Positions 19,908 through 30,376 of a DNA stretch of 64,000 nt are shown here, piece by piece (the first letter of the stretch is position 1; every line of letters starts with the position of its first letter). A program made the translations under genes and the position numbers. The DNA comes from Ruminococcus sp. GTDB lineage: Bacteria > Bacillota > Clostridia > Oscillospirales > Acutalibacteraceae. The stretch spans positions 6,736 to 70,735 of the forward strand of contig JBGUUL010000012.1 in NCBI GenBank assembly GCA_045133515.1, written 5' to 3'. The notes under the pieces were generated by a model. The model was not told where the DNA came from and did not search any database. It was given only the letters and a program-made list of their open reading frames with translations.

Positions 19908-21236
19908 ATGAGAAAATCTTTTTTAAGAGAGGTTTCTGTTTTAGCCATACCTGTAACTCTACAGTGTATGCTACAATCCTCTTTTAGTATAATTGACCAA
20001 ATTATGATTGGTCAGCTTGGAAGTGTGAGTATTGCCTCCATTGGTTTGGCTGGAAAGTTTTCCTCCATATTTATGTTTGTTGTGTCTGCAGTAGGGGCAG
20101 TTGCAGGAATTATGATTTCTCAGTATATAGGTGCTAAGGAGAAAAAGGAGGCTGACAAAAGCCTTTCCCTCAACCTTATTGTGGCTCTTGGTATCGCTGT
20201 GCTGTTTATGGTAATGAGCCTTGCATTTCCAAAGGTGATTATGGGGTTTTATACCACAGATGAGTCTGCCATTGAGATTTCCTCCCAATATCTTAGTTTA
20301 ATCAGCTTTACATTCATTCCTATGGCAATTACCACCTGCCTTTCTACAATGTTAAGGTGTGTTGAAAAGGCCATGATTCCACTTTACGCAACTATGATGG
20401 CTGCACTTCTCAACACAGGTCTTAATTACTTGTTGATATTCGGCGAGTTTGGTTTTCCAGAAATGGGTGTGAACGGTGCCGGAATTGCCACTATAATTTC
20501 ATCCTTTGCCAATATGATAATAGTGTTAATTGGCTTTGTGGTGATTTATTGCAGAAAAAAGGGTTTTCATTTTTCAGTTCGCCTTTCAAAAATGAAGCCA
20601 AAGGAATATTTGTGGATACTTCTTCCTATTTTAATCACCGAAACCCTGTGGACCTTAGGAGAAAATGTGTATGCAACAATTTATGGTCACCTCGGCACAT
20701 TTGATTGCGCTGCAATGACACTTACATATCCCATTCAAGGATTGCTGATTGGTGCGCTAAGTGGTATTTCTCAGGCAGCAGGAATTATTATCGGCAAAAG
20801 ACTTGGAGAAAAGGACTATGACGATGCCTACAAAAAGTCCAAAAAGCTGTGTTTGTATGGCCTTGTTGGTTCTCTGATTTTATCCCTTTTGCTGATAATT
20901 TTCAGAGGCTTTTATGTTGAAATTTATAATGTTGAAAACGCAGTAAAGGAAACTGGCTCGGCTCTGCTGTTTGTCTTTGCAATAGTTGCACCAATTAAGG
21001 TAGAAAATATGATACTTGGTGGTGGCATTGTCCGTAGTGGTGGCAAGACAAAAATCAATATGGCAATAGACATAATCGGTACTTGGGGCTTTGGCGTTCC
21101 CTTGGGACTGCTGTCAGCATTCGTGTTTGATTTATCCATTGTGTGGGTTTACTTCATTCTCTCCCTTGAAGAAGCAGTAAGGCTCATAATCACCTTTGTA
21201 GTATTCCGTAAAAAGGTGTGGATAAAAACTTTGTAA
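19908..21236 (+). CDS. MATE family efflux transporter
   Basis: IIDQIMIGQLG; FGFPEMGVNGAGIAT; ~12 TM. Confidence 0.88.
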   Translation: MRKSFLREVSVLAIPVTLQCMLQSSFSIIDQIMIGQLGSVSIASIGLAGKFSSIFMFVVSAVGAVAGIMISQYIGAKEKKEADKSLSLNLIVALGIAVLFMVMSLAFPKVIMGFYTTDESAIEISSQYLSLISFTFIPMAITTCLSTMLRCVEKAMIPLYATMMAALLNTGLNYLLIFGEFGFPEMGVNGAGIATIISSFANMIIVLIGFVVIYCRKKGFHFSVRLSKMKPKEYLWILLPILITETLWTLGENVYATIYGHLGTFDCAAMTLTYPIQGLLIGALSGISQAAGIIIGKRLGEKDYDDAYKKSKKLCLYGLVGSLILSLLLIIFRGFYVEIYNVENAVKETGSALLFVFAIVAPIKVENMILGGGIVRSGGKTKINMAIDIIGTWGFGVPLGLLSAFVFDLSIVWVYFILSLEEAVRLIITFVVFRKKVWIKTL

Positions 21237-21251
21237 ATATAGAGGTGTAAA

Positions 21252-22895
21252 ATGAAAAAATTATTTTCAACTTTTTTAATCTTTTACTTGATTATTAGCA
21301 TTGTAACTTCAACAACAGTTACAGTTGGTGCTGTATCAATGGGTGAGAGTCAAGGGCTGACATCTGATGCACCACTTAATAGCTGGAGGTATAGAAATGG
21401 TGTTCCCGATAACGCCCAATCACAGAGCTACTTTTCTGTTGGGCAAGGAAATGCTTGGATAAAAACCGACAATGGCTTTGTCAATGACCAAGGCAATGTT
21501 ATTGTGGGAGCAACAATGAAGGGTATTGATGTTAGCCAGTGGAACGGCAACATTGATTGGGAAAAGGTTGCACAGTCCGATGTTGACTATGCTATTATTC
21601 GAGTTGGCTATGGTAATGATGAGGTAGCTCAAGACGATAAGCAGTTCCAAAACAATATAAAGGGTTGTGTGGAAAACAAAATCCCATTTGGCGTTTACAT
21701 ATATTCCTATGCTACAAATATCTCTATGGCAAGGTCAGAGGCAGAGCATACATTAAGGCTGATTAAGGATTATGAGCTTAACTTCCCTGTTTACTATGAC
21801 CTTGAGGATAACAGCCTAACTAATCTTAGTGCAGATAATTTGGGAGTAATAGCAAAAACCTTTTGCGATGTAATCAACGATGCAGGGTATGAGGTTGGTA
21901 TTTACGCAAACTTGAATTGGTGGAACAACTACCTTACCGACCCTGTGTTTGATAGTCCAAATTGGTACAAGTGGGTTGCTCAGTACAACTCCGTATGTAA
22001 CTACCAAAAGCCATATACAATGTGGCAATGCTGCAGTAATGGTAAAGTTGACGGAATTGACGGACTAGTGGATATTAACTTCTGGTATTCAGATGTAAGG
22101 GATTTTGACTACAAGGCAACTTTTGAAAATCAAACAGTTAGTGTAACATCAGTTAAACTGAATGTTACATCAAGGGTTCTCAATAAAGGTGAGAAAACAA
22201 CGCTAAAGGCAACTGTATATCCTGTTGATGCAACTGATAAGTCTGTTAAGTGGACTTCAAATAATACCAATGTGGCTACGGTAACCTCAAGTGGTGTTGT
22301 TACTGCAAAGTCAAAGGGTACAGCATACATCAGAGCAACTGCCAATGATGGCTCAAAAAAGTACAGGCAGTGCAAAGTAACAGTAAAACAGCCTGTAACA
22401 GCAGTTAAGCTAAACACAATATCAAAGACAGTAAATAGGGGTAGCAGGTTTACTCTCAAGGCAACTGTATATCCAACAAATGCAAATGTAAGAACAGTTA
22501 CTTGGAAGTCACTTAATACAAGAGTTGCAACAGTTACATCAACAGGTGTAGTAACAGCAAAGGCAAAGGGTGCGACTTATGTAAGAGCAACTGCAAATGA
22601 CGGCTCAAAGAAGTATGCTCAGTGTAGGATTATAGTAAAACAGCCAGTAACCTCTGTTAAGCTAAACGCAACATCAAAGACAGTAAAGAGAGGTAGCAGG
22701 TTTACTCTCAAGGCAACTGTTTATCCAACAAATGCAAATGTAAGGTCCGTTACTTGGCAGTCAAGTAACAAAAGAGTAGCAACTGTAACCTCAACAGGCG
22801 TTGTAACAGCAAAGACAAGGGGCACTGCATATGTAAGAGCAACAGCTAAGGATGGCTCAAAAAAGTACGCACAGTGTAAAATTACAGTAAAATAA
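21252..22895 (+). CDS. Secreted GH25 muramidase with three C-terminal Ig-like (Big_2) domains
   Basis: Signal peptide; GIDVSQWNGNIDW, PVYYDLE, WVAQY, VDIN; three KATVYP...VATV..GVVTAK repeats. Confidence 0.9.
   Translation: MKKLFSTFLIFYLIISIVTSTTVTVGAVSMGESQGLTSDAPLNSWRYRNGVPDNAQSQSYFSVGQGNAWIKTDNGFVNDQGNVIVGATMKGIDVSQWNGNIDWEKVAQSDVDYAIIRVGYGNDEVAQDDKQFQNNIKGCVENKIPFGVYIYSYATNISMARSEAEHTLRLIKDYELNFPVYYDLEDNSLTNLSADNLGVIAKTFCDVINDAGYEVGIYANLNWWNNYLTDPVFDSPNWYKWVAQYNSVCNYQKPYTMWQCCSNGKVDGIDGLVDINFWYSDVRDFDYKATFENQTVSVTSVKLNVTSRVLNKGEKTTLKATVYPVDATDKSVKWTSNNTNVATVTSSGVVTAKSKGTAYIRATANDGSKKYRQCKVTVKQPVTAVKLNTISKTVNRGSRFTLKATVYPTNANVRTVTWKSLNTRVATVTSTGVVTAKAKGATYVRATANDGSKKYAQCRIIVKQPVTSVKLNATSKTVKRGSRFTLKATVYPTNANVRSVTWQSSNKRVATVTSTGVVTAKTRGTAYVRATAKDGSKKYAQCKITVK
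22136..22892 (+). repeat. Three tandem ~252-bp Big_2-coding repeats
   Basis: GGTAGCAGGTTTACTCTCAAGGCAACTGT recurs at ~22440 and ~22692; copy 1 is more diverged. Confidence 0.85.
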
Positions 22896-22930
22896 AATGA
22901 TAAATCCCCAACCTTAAGGTTGGGGATAAT

Positions 22931-24622
22931 TTATGTTCTATTATCAATGTTTTTCTTAATTTGGCTAAAGGTCACTCCGTATTTTTCTGCAATATCCTTT
23001 GCGTAGGAAACTCCTTGTGGTGGGGCGATTTCGCATTTAAAACTGCGTTTTCCGTCCTTCATTCCTGTTACAAGGCTCTGCACCTTGCTTTTTCCGTCAC
23101 CCTCATTGTATTCCTCAAGGTGGTGGGCAAGCTCGTGCATATGGGTGTTGAAAATCGCCCTTGTGCCAAGGTAGCACATAGCCTTAATAACATCCTTTGC
23201 TATGAACACACCCTCGGCAACATTGGTTGTGGCAAGGCTTTCGTTAAGAAGAAGCAGAGATTTGTCTGTAGCTGTTTGGAAAATATCCGATAATCTTTTG
23301 CTCTCCTCGCCAAGTCTGCCAAGGTCAACAGTATCATTTTCATCAGCAGGGAAGTGGGTGTAGATGTTATCCACAGGACTATAGCAGAATTTTGATGCAG
23401 GAACATAAATTCCTGCCTGTGCCAAAAGGAAACAATGTCCTACTGCCTGTGTAAATGTGGTTTTACCACCTCGGTTTGGACCTGTCATTACAAAAATTCT
23501 TTGGCTGTCGTTAAAATCAATGTCGTTGCCGATAATGTCAAATTCCTCGCCATTTGTCCTTTTAATTGCAAGTTTTATGTTGTAAATATCCCTTGCCTCA
23601 ACTGTTCTGTTTGTATCTGTTGCAAGTGGTTTGCATACAATTAGGTTTTTCTCCCTCATTTTGTCTATAAGCTCAGCAAAGCGAATGTAGAAGATTATTT
23701 CTGGCATAAGGCTTACAAGGGAATAACCACTGATGTTCACATACTTTTGCAGAGTGGATTTTATGCTCTTAACCAACTTTTTCAGAATATTGGTAACAAC
23801 CTTTTTCAGACTGTCTGAAAGTGGGTCATCCCCTGTTGACGAACCAGAGGTGTCTATGTGAACGGTGTTAATGGCACTTTTCTGAATTGAGCCTGTACGG
23901 ACTTTCTGTATGCTTGGATTCTGTGGGTGTAGCTTTTTGCTTTCCATAGCCTTTGGGTCGCTGTTTAGCTCCTCCTTACTTGCAGTGAATTCCATAAAGC
24001 TTTTTAGCAAACCGCTATTGGTAATTTCAAAGCTATTTAGTGAGATTACACCGGCATTTACAGGCTTTAACAGGTTGTCAAGATTTACACCGATAGTAAT
24101 TGACTTGAGGTTTTGCGCCTTTTTCATTGTTTCGTCAATGTCCTTTTTCAGCACATCAAATCCACCAGTGGCATAAATTTCCTCAATTATAGTTTTCAGC
24201 CTGTTAAGTCCTTTGGACTGTATGGGAATAGAGTTTAAAATGTCCTTTAGCATTGTTATGCAGAGAACATAACCGTCAATTTCTCTTAATCGGTTTATCA
24301 GTTGCCACAGTGAGGATGCGTCACCGTCCTTGTTGAACTTCTCCAGCTCTCTTAGGTCCTCTAATTTTGAAAGTAGCTGTACAAGTCCCTCCCTTAGCTG
24401 TGGAAAGTTGAGAATATCCTCAAACACATCTGCCCTGTAGTTGATAACATCAATGTCAGAGCTTATGCTTGTGAGGATTTTTTTAATGCTGTTCCTTTCA
24501 AAAACATCTTTTGTCAGATTCTCAACAATATAATCTACCGATAAATCGTTAACAGCTTCCTCTGGTAGAGTTTGGGTTTTGCCCTTATAATTTTCTGGAT
24601 ATAATAAACTGAAATTTGTCAT
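22931..24622 (-). CDS. MutS-related ATPase (domain V, no mismatch-binding domain seen)
   Basis: MTGPNRGGKTT Walker A; THFP; GRLGEE; LLNES; FNTHMHEL; SYAKDIA. Confidence 0.85.
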   Translation of the reverse strand: MTNFSLLYPENYKGKTQTLPEEAVNDLSVDYIVENLTKDVFERNSIKKILTSISSDIDVINYRADVFEDILNFPQLREGLVQLLSKLEDLRELEKFNKDGDASSLWQLINRLREIDGYVLCITMLKDILNSIPIQSKGLNRLKTIIEEIYATGGFDVLKKDIDETMKKAQNLKSITIGVNLDNLLKPVNAGVISLNSFEITNSGLLKSFMEFTASKEELNSDPKAMESKKLHPQNPSIQKVRTGSIQKSAINTVHIDTSGSSTGDDPLSDSLKKVVTNILKKLVKSIKSTLQKYVNISGYSLVSLMPEIIFYIRFAELIDKMREKNLIVCKPLATDTNRTVEARDIYNIKLAIKRTNGEEFDIIGNDIDFNDSQRIFVMTGPNRGGKTTFTQAVGHCFLLAQAGIYVPASKFCYSPVDNIYTHFPADENDTVDLGRLGEESKRLSDIFQTATDKSLLLLNESLATTNVAEGVFIAKDVIKAMCYLGTRAIFNTHMHELAHHLEEYNEGDGKSKVQSLVTGMKDGKRSFKCEIAPPQGVSYAKDIAEKYGVTFSQIKKNIDNRT

Positions 24623-24694
24623 TTGCTTTCTCCTTAAATTTATAGTACAATGTTAACATACTATAGGTCTAAATTCAAGAAAGTAGGTAAAAAA

Positions 24695-24901
24695 ATGGAT
24701 GAATTGATTAAGAGAATAAATGAGCTTGCACGGAAGAAAAAATCAGTTGGATTAACTGACGCTGAACTAAAGGAACAGGCAGAGCTTAGGAAAAAATATT
24801 TGGAGATTTTCCGTAAGGGCTTTAAACAAAGACTTGAAAATATTGATGTGGAAACTCCAGACGGTAAGGTAAGACCTCTAACTGATTATAAAAAGAAATA
24901 G
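24695..24901 (+). CDS. DUF896/UPF0291 (YnzC-like) protein
   Basis: RINELARKKKSVGLT..E..EQ..LRKKYL..FR signature. Confidence 0.85.
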   Translation: MDELIKRINELARKKKSVGLTDAELKEQAELRKKYLEIFRKGFKQRLENIDVETPDGKVRPLTDYKKK

Positions 24902-25123
24902 GGCAGATTTTTAATCTGCCCTAATACTATTTGAAAAATATAGCTATAATATTTTACCATATATTGTGATTTAATTCAATAGAAGAAGAAAGATTTTGTG
25001 TGAATGGTTAAATATTTTGACTTTTTATACATAAAAAAACAACTTCTTTGTGCATAATACCCTGTAATTTTCCTTGAATGAAAATTACAAATGTGTTACA
25101 ATTATACTTAGGAGTGGAAATAG

Positions 25124-25873
25124 ATGTACAGAAAGTTAGCTTATGCCTTCCTTTGTAAAAAAGGTAAGGTTAGAGAGAAAAATCAAGATAACTACTGGTG
25201 TATGGGGGACTTTTTGCCACAGGTCAATGAGGGTCAGGAGCGAACCATATCAGGTCAGATTAGTCTTGGAACTATTAAGGGTGCATTTTGTGTTTTTGAC
25301 GGAATGGGTGGAGAATCCTGTGGCGAGGTTGCCTCATCTATTTCAGCCACAACCTTTAATAACATTTACAAGTCTATTATGGACTTTGGGGTGCAATCCA
25401 TTGTGGATATGTGCTACATAATGAACAGAAATGTGTGTCGCTTTGCAGAAAGACATAATATTCAGTATATGGGTACAACGGCGGCTATGCTTTTCTTTGA
25501 AAAAAAAGAGGTATATGCTTGTAACTTGGGGGATAGTAGGATATTCCTCCTTCGTGGTGACAAGTTGCAGAAAATTTCTGTTGACCATGTTGCCGAGGGT
25601 ACAATATTCAAAAAGCCACCACTTACACAGCATTTGGGTATTCCCTCTGATGAATTCAGGATTAACCCATATATTGTTTCTCTAAAAATTCGCAAAGGCG
25701 ACAGATTCCTCATTTGTTCCGACGGCCTTACAGATATGCTGTCAAAAGATGAAATTGAGGCTTATCTTACAGAAACTCGCAATATTGAGTACTGCGTAAA
25801 TGATATGATGGATGCAGTTTATGCAAGAGGAGCTGTTGATAACACAACCATAGTTTTGTGTGAAGTGAGATAA
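25124..25873 (+). CDS. PP2C-family Ser/Thr protein phosphatase
   Basis: REKNQD, FDGMGG, MGTT, NLGDSR, CSDGLTD, DNTT. Confidence 0.9.
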   Translation: MYRKLAYAFLCKKGKVREKNQDNYWCMGDFLPQVNEGQERTISGQISLGTIKGAFCVFDGMGGESCGEVASSISATTFNNIYKSIMDFGVQSIVDMCYIMNRNVCRFAERHNIQYMGTTAAMLFFEKKEVYACNLGDSRIFLLRGDKLQKISVDHVAEGTIFKKPPLTQHLGIPSDEFRINPYIVSLKIRKGDRFLICSDGLTDMLSKDEIEAYLTETRNIEYCVNDMMDAVYARGAVDNTTIVLCEVR

Positions 25874-25917
25874 AAAAATCTCCCCATTTTGTTGGGGAGA
25901 TTTTTGCATTTGTGTGA

Positions 25918-26661
25918 TTATTTAATGATGCCCTTGTCAAGCTTTACCTTAAGTACATTTGTAACAGCTTGGTTTAGTACATCCTGTGGAATTGTGCCGT
26001 CATTTACTGCATTTTCCATGGCAGTAACAGCCTTGCTAAGATTCTTTGGCATCATAAGTATTTCTGCTCCGTTGTTAAATGCCTCAACAGCTTCGCTACC
26101 GTCAGACTTCTTGCCGTCACATAGCTTGTCTGAAACATTCAGCTCCTTGCTGTATGTAAACAGAGTTTTGTCGCCGTCTTCCATAATGAACAGAGGGGTT
26201 TTTGCATAGGACTTTGTCTTTTTCACCATTTCCTCAAATGCTTCCTCATCCTCTTTGTTTTGCTCAAAATAAACAATGCCACCAACAGGATACTGAGTTA
26301 GCTTTTTCTTTGTAGTGTTGCCTGCAACTGTTGCAACATCAACGCCTGTTAGTTCTTCAGGGGTTACAACAAACAGCTGACAAACCTTTTCCTTAGTTTC
26401 CATTGGTGCAACCATATTTTGCGCCTTAACTGTGTTTTCGTCAAGTGGGACAGTGGTTGTTGGTTCTGTTGCTACTGTTGTTGGCTCTGTGGTAGTTGTT
26501 GCTACTGTGGTTGTTGTGCCAAGTAGGTTGTTGTAGGTGTCAATAATTTGTTTCTTGAACACAAATGCTCCCACAGCAATAATTGCTAAAATAAAAATAA
26601 TTACAAAAAATATAGCCAGTCCCTTGTGACTTTTTTCTGCGTGGCGTCCTTTGTTTGCCAT
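25918..26661 (-). CDS. Membrane-anchored, internally deleted GH3 (NagZ-like) protein
   Basis: TM helix, Thr-rich stalk, EKVCQLF...PVGGIVYF...PLFI joined almost directly to VSDKL...AFNNGAEILMMP...G.I....L..AV.NVL..K; no KHFPGHG. Confidence 0.65.
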   Translation of the reverse strand: MANKGRHAEKSHKGLAIFFVIIFILAIIAVGAFVFKKQIIDTYNNLLGTTTTVATTTTEPTTVATEPTTTVPLDENTVKAQNMVAPMETKEKVCQLFVVTPEELTGVDVATVAGNTTKKKLTQYPVGGIVYFEQNKEDEEAFEEMVKKTKSYAKTPLFIMEDGDKTLFTYSKELNVSDKLCDGKKSDGSEAVEAFNNGAEILMMPKNLSKAVTAMENAVNDGTIPQDVLNQAVTNVLKVKLDKGIIK

Positions 26662-26723
26662 ATTTATCACCTCAAAAATATTTTATCATATTTTATTTGT
26701 AAAAACGATAGAATCTTGTCGCT

Positions 26724-27554
26724 TTACTTAGATTTATAATAGTCTGTAATTCCTGCTACAATGCCCTTAACCATTTTCTTTTGGAAGTTAGGGTTTGCCA
26801 TTTTTTCATCCTCAGCAGGATTTGTCATAAACCCAAGCTCAATGAGAACAACAGGAATTGTGGAAAAGTTAAAGCCTGTTAGGTCATCTCTTTCTGAAAT
26901 GCCTCTGTTGAATAAACCTGTTTCCTTGCAGTAGCTGTCAATAAGAGTTTCTGCAATAATTTTGCTTTCCGTTGATACTTCGCTTCCTACATATTGTGAA
27001 CCAGGGTAAAGCAGAGTTGCACCCTCTGCATCAGGACTGTCAAGTCCGTCTGCGTGAATACGGATGGAAAAATCAGCTTTTGCCTTGTTGCCAATTTCTG
27101 ACCTCTGTTGTAGGCTAAGCTTTGTACCCTGGGTACTGCGTATCATAACAACTTCTGCACCTTTGTTTTTTAGCTCCTTTTGGAGAGCAAGTGCTATTTG
27201 GAGAGTTAGGTCCTTTTCAGGGATATTTGTAACTACACCACAGGTTCCTGTGCCTGGACCCTCTGGGTTGGTAGGGTCAAGTCCTGGAGCTATTGGCTCT
27301 AAATAATCCTCAGTACAACCGTGACCGGCATCAACAACGATTTTCCTGCCTGTCAGTTCCTTTGGCTTTTCTGTGGTAGGACTTTCTGCGGTATTTGTGG
27401 TTTCAGTATTCTCCGTAGCTTTTGTAGTGACTGCTGTGGTTACTTCTGTAGTGTTTTGTGGTTTTTCCTCCTTGTCTGTGCATCCTACAAGGGAGAATAT
27501 TGTAATCACTGCAAGTAATAATGCCGAAAACCTTAACCTTTTACTCATTTGCAT
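26724..27554 (-). CDS. N-acetylmuramoyl-L-alanine amidase (Amidase_3) lipoprotein
   Basis: LVGC lipobox; VDAGHG, EKDLTL, IRIHAD, LIELGFMTN zinc motifs. Confidence 0.9.
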   Translation of the reverse strand: MQMSKRLRFSALLLAVITIFSLVGCTDKEEKPQNTTEVTTAVTTKATENTETTNTAESPTTEKPKELTGRKIVVDAGHGCTEDYLEPIAPGLDPTNPEGPGTGTCGVVTNIPEKDLTLQIALALQKELKNKGAEVVMIRSTQGTKLSLQQRSEIGNKAKADFSIRIHADGLDSPDAEGATLLYPGSQYVGSEVSTESKIIAETLIDSYCKETGLFNRGISERDDLTGFNFSTIPVVLIELGFMTNPAEDEKMANPNFQKKMVKGIVAGITDYYKSK

Positions 27555-27897
27555 AGTCTATAATAGATTTCATATAGTACTTTGGAGTTAACTCCTGTAG
27601 CCTGTCTGCAAGGTCGCCATTTCCCTCAAAACGGAAAAGCATAAGCTGAATATCAAATAGCTCCTTGTTAACAGCAAAGCCTGTACCATCCTTAAAGGCA
27701 ACAAGTGTTGCCTCTGTGTGGGGTTTCATAATAACAGAAAGTCTGTAGTAGTCCTTGTTCTTTACAAGATTTCTAATAAGCTCCATTTTAGGCTTGTAGT
27801 AGAAATAGAGCCTTGCTCTTGCGCCTGTTCGTTTTGCAGTTGACCACACAAACTTTTTTTGCTTGTCATACTTGTTGGATAGTTTGTATATAAACAT
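27541..27897 (-). CDS. Hypothetical protein
   Basis: 118-aa ORF packed in the operon between licD and the amidase. Confidence 0.6.
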   Translation of the reverse strand: MFIYKLSNKYDKQKKFVWSTAKRTGARARLYFYYKPKMELIRNLVKNKDYYRLSVIMKPHTEATLVAFKDGTGFAVNKELFDIQLMLFRFEGNGDLADRLQELTPKYYMKSIIDYANE

Positions 27898-27919
27898 AGG
27901 TCACACTTCTTTCATAGTG

Positions 27920-30343
27920 TTATTCGTTGTAATCGTCAGTTGCAGTAAGGTTTCTGTCCTCTGGATGTGGGCCGTCAACCTTGCTTCTGCGAGTGTTAAT
28001 TCTCTCAAATTCCTCTGGCTCCGTGTATTCTGTCTGGATGCCAAGGTCATCTATCAGCTGTTCCATAGCCTTAACTGAAAGGTCATTTTTTGTTGTGTCT
28101 GCTATGCCAAGACTGTTGAGAACAGAGGCAGGATTGCCACCATAGGACTGTAGCCACTTTTCAAGATAACTGCTTTTAACCTTGTTTTTCTGCTGTTCTG
28201 GCATTGGCTCTGCTGTAACAGCTTTTGCGTTAATGTGCATAAGGTTGTCTGCATAGTCAAACTGTGTTTTTAGCCTTGTTAAGTCCTTTATGAGCTTTCT
28301 CTTGACAATGTATAGAAGTTTTTTGCTGTCTGTCTTTGATGCCTTAATAAAGTGAGCAACAGCATCACTTGTCATACCCTTTTTGTAGAAAATTTCTCCT
28401 TTGACAAAATCCTTGTATGGAGAGTCTGGAAGGGTATTTGCCTTGCTTTCAAGTTCTGTAAGGCTGTTGTAATCCTCACAAATATAAGCATCTCTGTAAA
28501 TATCAGCACAAGCCTTGTCCTCAACAAAGTAGGAGCAGATTTTACCCACATATTCTTCATAGTGGTCAGAGAGAACCTCCTGCTTTTCCCTTATAAATGG
28601 GAATAGGGAATATGCATTTTCGTAGTCCTCACCCATAATGGAATAGGCAATAACCTTGCTACAAAGAACCTTGTTGTCAGGGCAAACTGTTAGTCCCTCT
28701 AAGGCCTTTTCTCTGCTGTTGAAGTAGTCAAGATTTTCTTCAAGAATATCCTGCATTTCCAGCTTAACAAGACCGTTAATTGTGTTGTGGAAGGCAGAAA
28801 TATATTGAGGAATAAGCTCTGCGCCCTTTTCCTTATACTGCAAATCAAGGCTATATTTCAGCATTTCGCCGTCCTCTGGATAAAGAGCAAGTCCTCTTTC
28901 AATAAGTGAGGCGAGCTCCCCTCTGTACTTTTCAAAATCAAGCTTTCTCAGAATGTTAATACTAAGTTTGATGATTCCAATGGAATATGGGAACTTTTCA
29001 AGAAGATCCTGTGACTGTGGCAATGCCTCTTTGAGTTTTCCAATGCTAACCTTGTGAACTGTGTCACGGAAAAACAATATGTCTTTTTCAAGGCTCAGCA
29101 TAAAGTCGGTTGCTTTGTTTTTCTGCTTATAAACTCTAATTGTTCTGATTGCCCAGTAAATGTTGTTGCGATTAAATAGGGTTGCAACAAATTTGTCAAT
29201 CATATCATCCTGAATTTTCAGAATAACAGGGTGATTATACTTGTAAACATCGTTGTAGTTGTCCCTACCAAAATAGCTTTTGTGGAACTGTAGCCTTTTA
29301 TATTCAGAGAAAATTTCCTCTAAAATATCAAAGCGATTTTCGTTATATGCCTTTTCGATTTCAGCTCTTTTACTTTCAAATTCATTTCTAAATGACTTTG
29401 CCTGTGTTTTTTGTGACAGAAGAATGTTCATATTCTTCAGCACAAGCCAAGGAGCCATAACCTGCATTGCAAAAGCCTTTTTGCGCAGGTATTTCTTCAT
29501 TGCCTTTTTAGGGTCAATAAAATGGTTAATTTCCTTACGAATAACATTGTAGTCTGTGTCCAGAGAGAAAATTGCGTTGTGTCCACCTTGCTCAGTGGCA
29601 GGAGGAACAAACATCCATTCATCCTCATAATGCTCAACAATGTAGTCGCTGATAAAGTCAGGTGCCTGACCTAAGGTGTCCTCAAACATTACATTCTGCG
29701 TGCTTTTGCCAAAGATTTCCTTGTCAAAAATAAGTGGTGTTCCACCCCAACGGAGTACAAGATAAGGGCAGTCCTCCTCCTTGTAGCTGAACATCTTTTT
29801 TTCAAGGTCGTTAAGGACCTTATCTCTGCCCTGGAACCTCATTTTCAGACGATACCAACCGTAACGGAGTTGGTTAGCGCAGAAACGATAGGAATAGACA
29901 ATGCCTGGATTTATAAGGTCGCTGTAAAGGGTAATGTCTTTGGTGTACTGCTTCCAAGCCTTGCCCTTATTTGGCAAATAGTCGTAGCAGATAATGTCAA
30001 TCATATCTCCGGCAGCGTCATCAAAAATTACCTGTGTGGAGTGAACAGCTGATGTGGTTGTGTCTGTGTATCTGCCGATAACATTGTGAAAGTTGTGGTT
30101 AAGGTCCTGACACTCTAAAACTCGGTTAGGAGGTAGCTCAGTTCTGCAAACCTCAACGAACTTGTCCCAGTTATTTCTTGTCATAGTAATATCCATATCG
30201 TCATCCCAAGGAATAAAGCCTCTGTGACGAACGGCACCGATAAGTGTACCACCGGCAAGTTGATATTCAATATTGTGTTTTCTGCAAAGGGCGTCAACCT
30301 CTTTGTAGAGCATATATAAATGTTTTTGTTTTTCAGTAAGCAT
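27920..30343 (-). CDS. LicD-family phosphotransferase with a long helical (TPR-like) C-terminal extension
   Basis: LAGGTLIGAVRHRGFIPWDDDMDI signature; C-terminal ~500 aa helical with e.g. FVKGEIFYKKGMTSDAVAHFIKA. Confidence 0.85.
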   Translation of the reverse strand: MLTEKQKHLYMLYKEVDALCRKHNIEYQLAGGTLIGAVRHRGFIPWDDDMDITMTRNNWDKFVEVCRTELPPNRVLECQDLNHNFHNVIGRYTDTTTSAVHSTQVIFDDAAGDMIDIICYDYLPNKGKAWKQYTKDITLYSDLINPGIVYSYRFCANQLRYGWYRLKMRFQGRDKVLNDLEKKMFSYKEEDCPYLVLRWGGTPLIFDKEIFGKSTQNVMFEDTLGQAPDFISDYIVEHYEDEWMFVPPATEQGGHNAIFSLDTDYNVIRKEINHFIDPKKAMKKYLRKKAFAMQVMAPWLVLKNMNILLSQKTQAKSFRNEFESKRAEIEKAYNENRFDILEEIFSEYKRLQFHKSYFGRDNYNDVYKYNHPVILKIQDDMIDKFVATLFNRNNIYWAIRTIRVYKQKNKATDFMLSLEKDILFFRDTVHKVSIGKLKEALPQSQDLLEKFPYSIGIIKLSINILRKLDFEKYRGELASLIERGLALYPEDGEMLKYSLDLQYKEKGAELIPQYISAFHNTINGLVKLEMQDILEENLDYFNSREKALEGLTVCPDNKVLCSKVIAYSIMGEDYENAYSLFPFIREKQEVLSDHYEEYVGKICSYFVEDKACADIYRDAYICEDYNSLTELESKANTLPDSPYKDFVKGEIFYKKGMTSDAVAHFIKASKTDSKKLLYIVKRKLIKDLTRLKTQFDYADNLMHINAKAVTAEPMPEQQKNKVKSSYLEKWLQSYGGNPASVLNSLGIADTTKNDLSVKAMEQLIDDLGIQTEYTEPEEFERINTRRSKVDGPHPEDRNLTATDDYNE

Positions 30344-30376
30344 AGTAAATATCCCTGTTTCTAATTATTCTTCCTA

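Noticed and set aside
21252-22895. GH25 lysozyme as a prophage endolysin
   Set aside because: It has a Sec signal and host-type Ig repeats, with no holin, integrase or structural phage genes nearby.
25124-25873. PP2C phosphatase as part of a kinase or defence module
   Set aside because: Apparently monocistronic between terminators, with no kinase, FHA or vWA gene adjacent.
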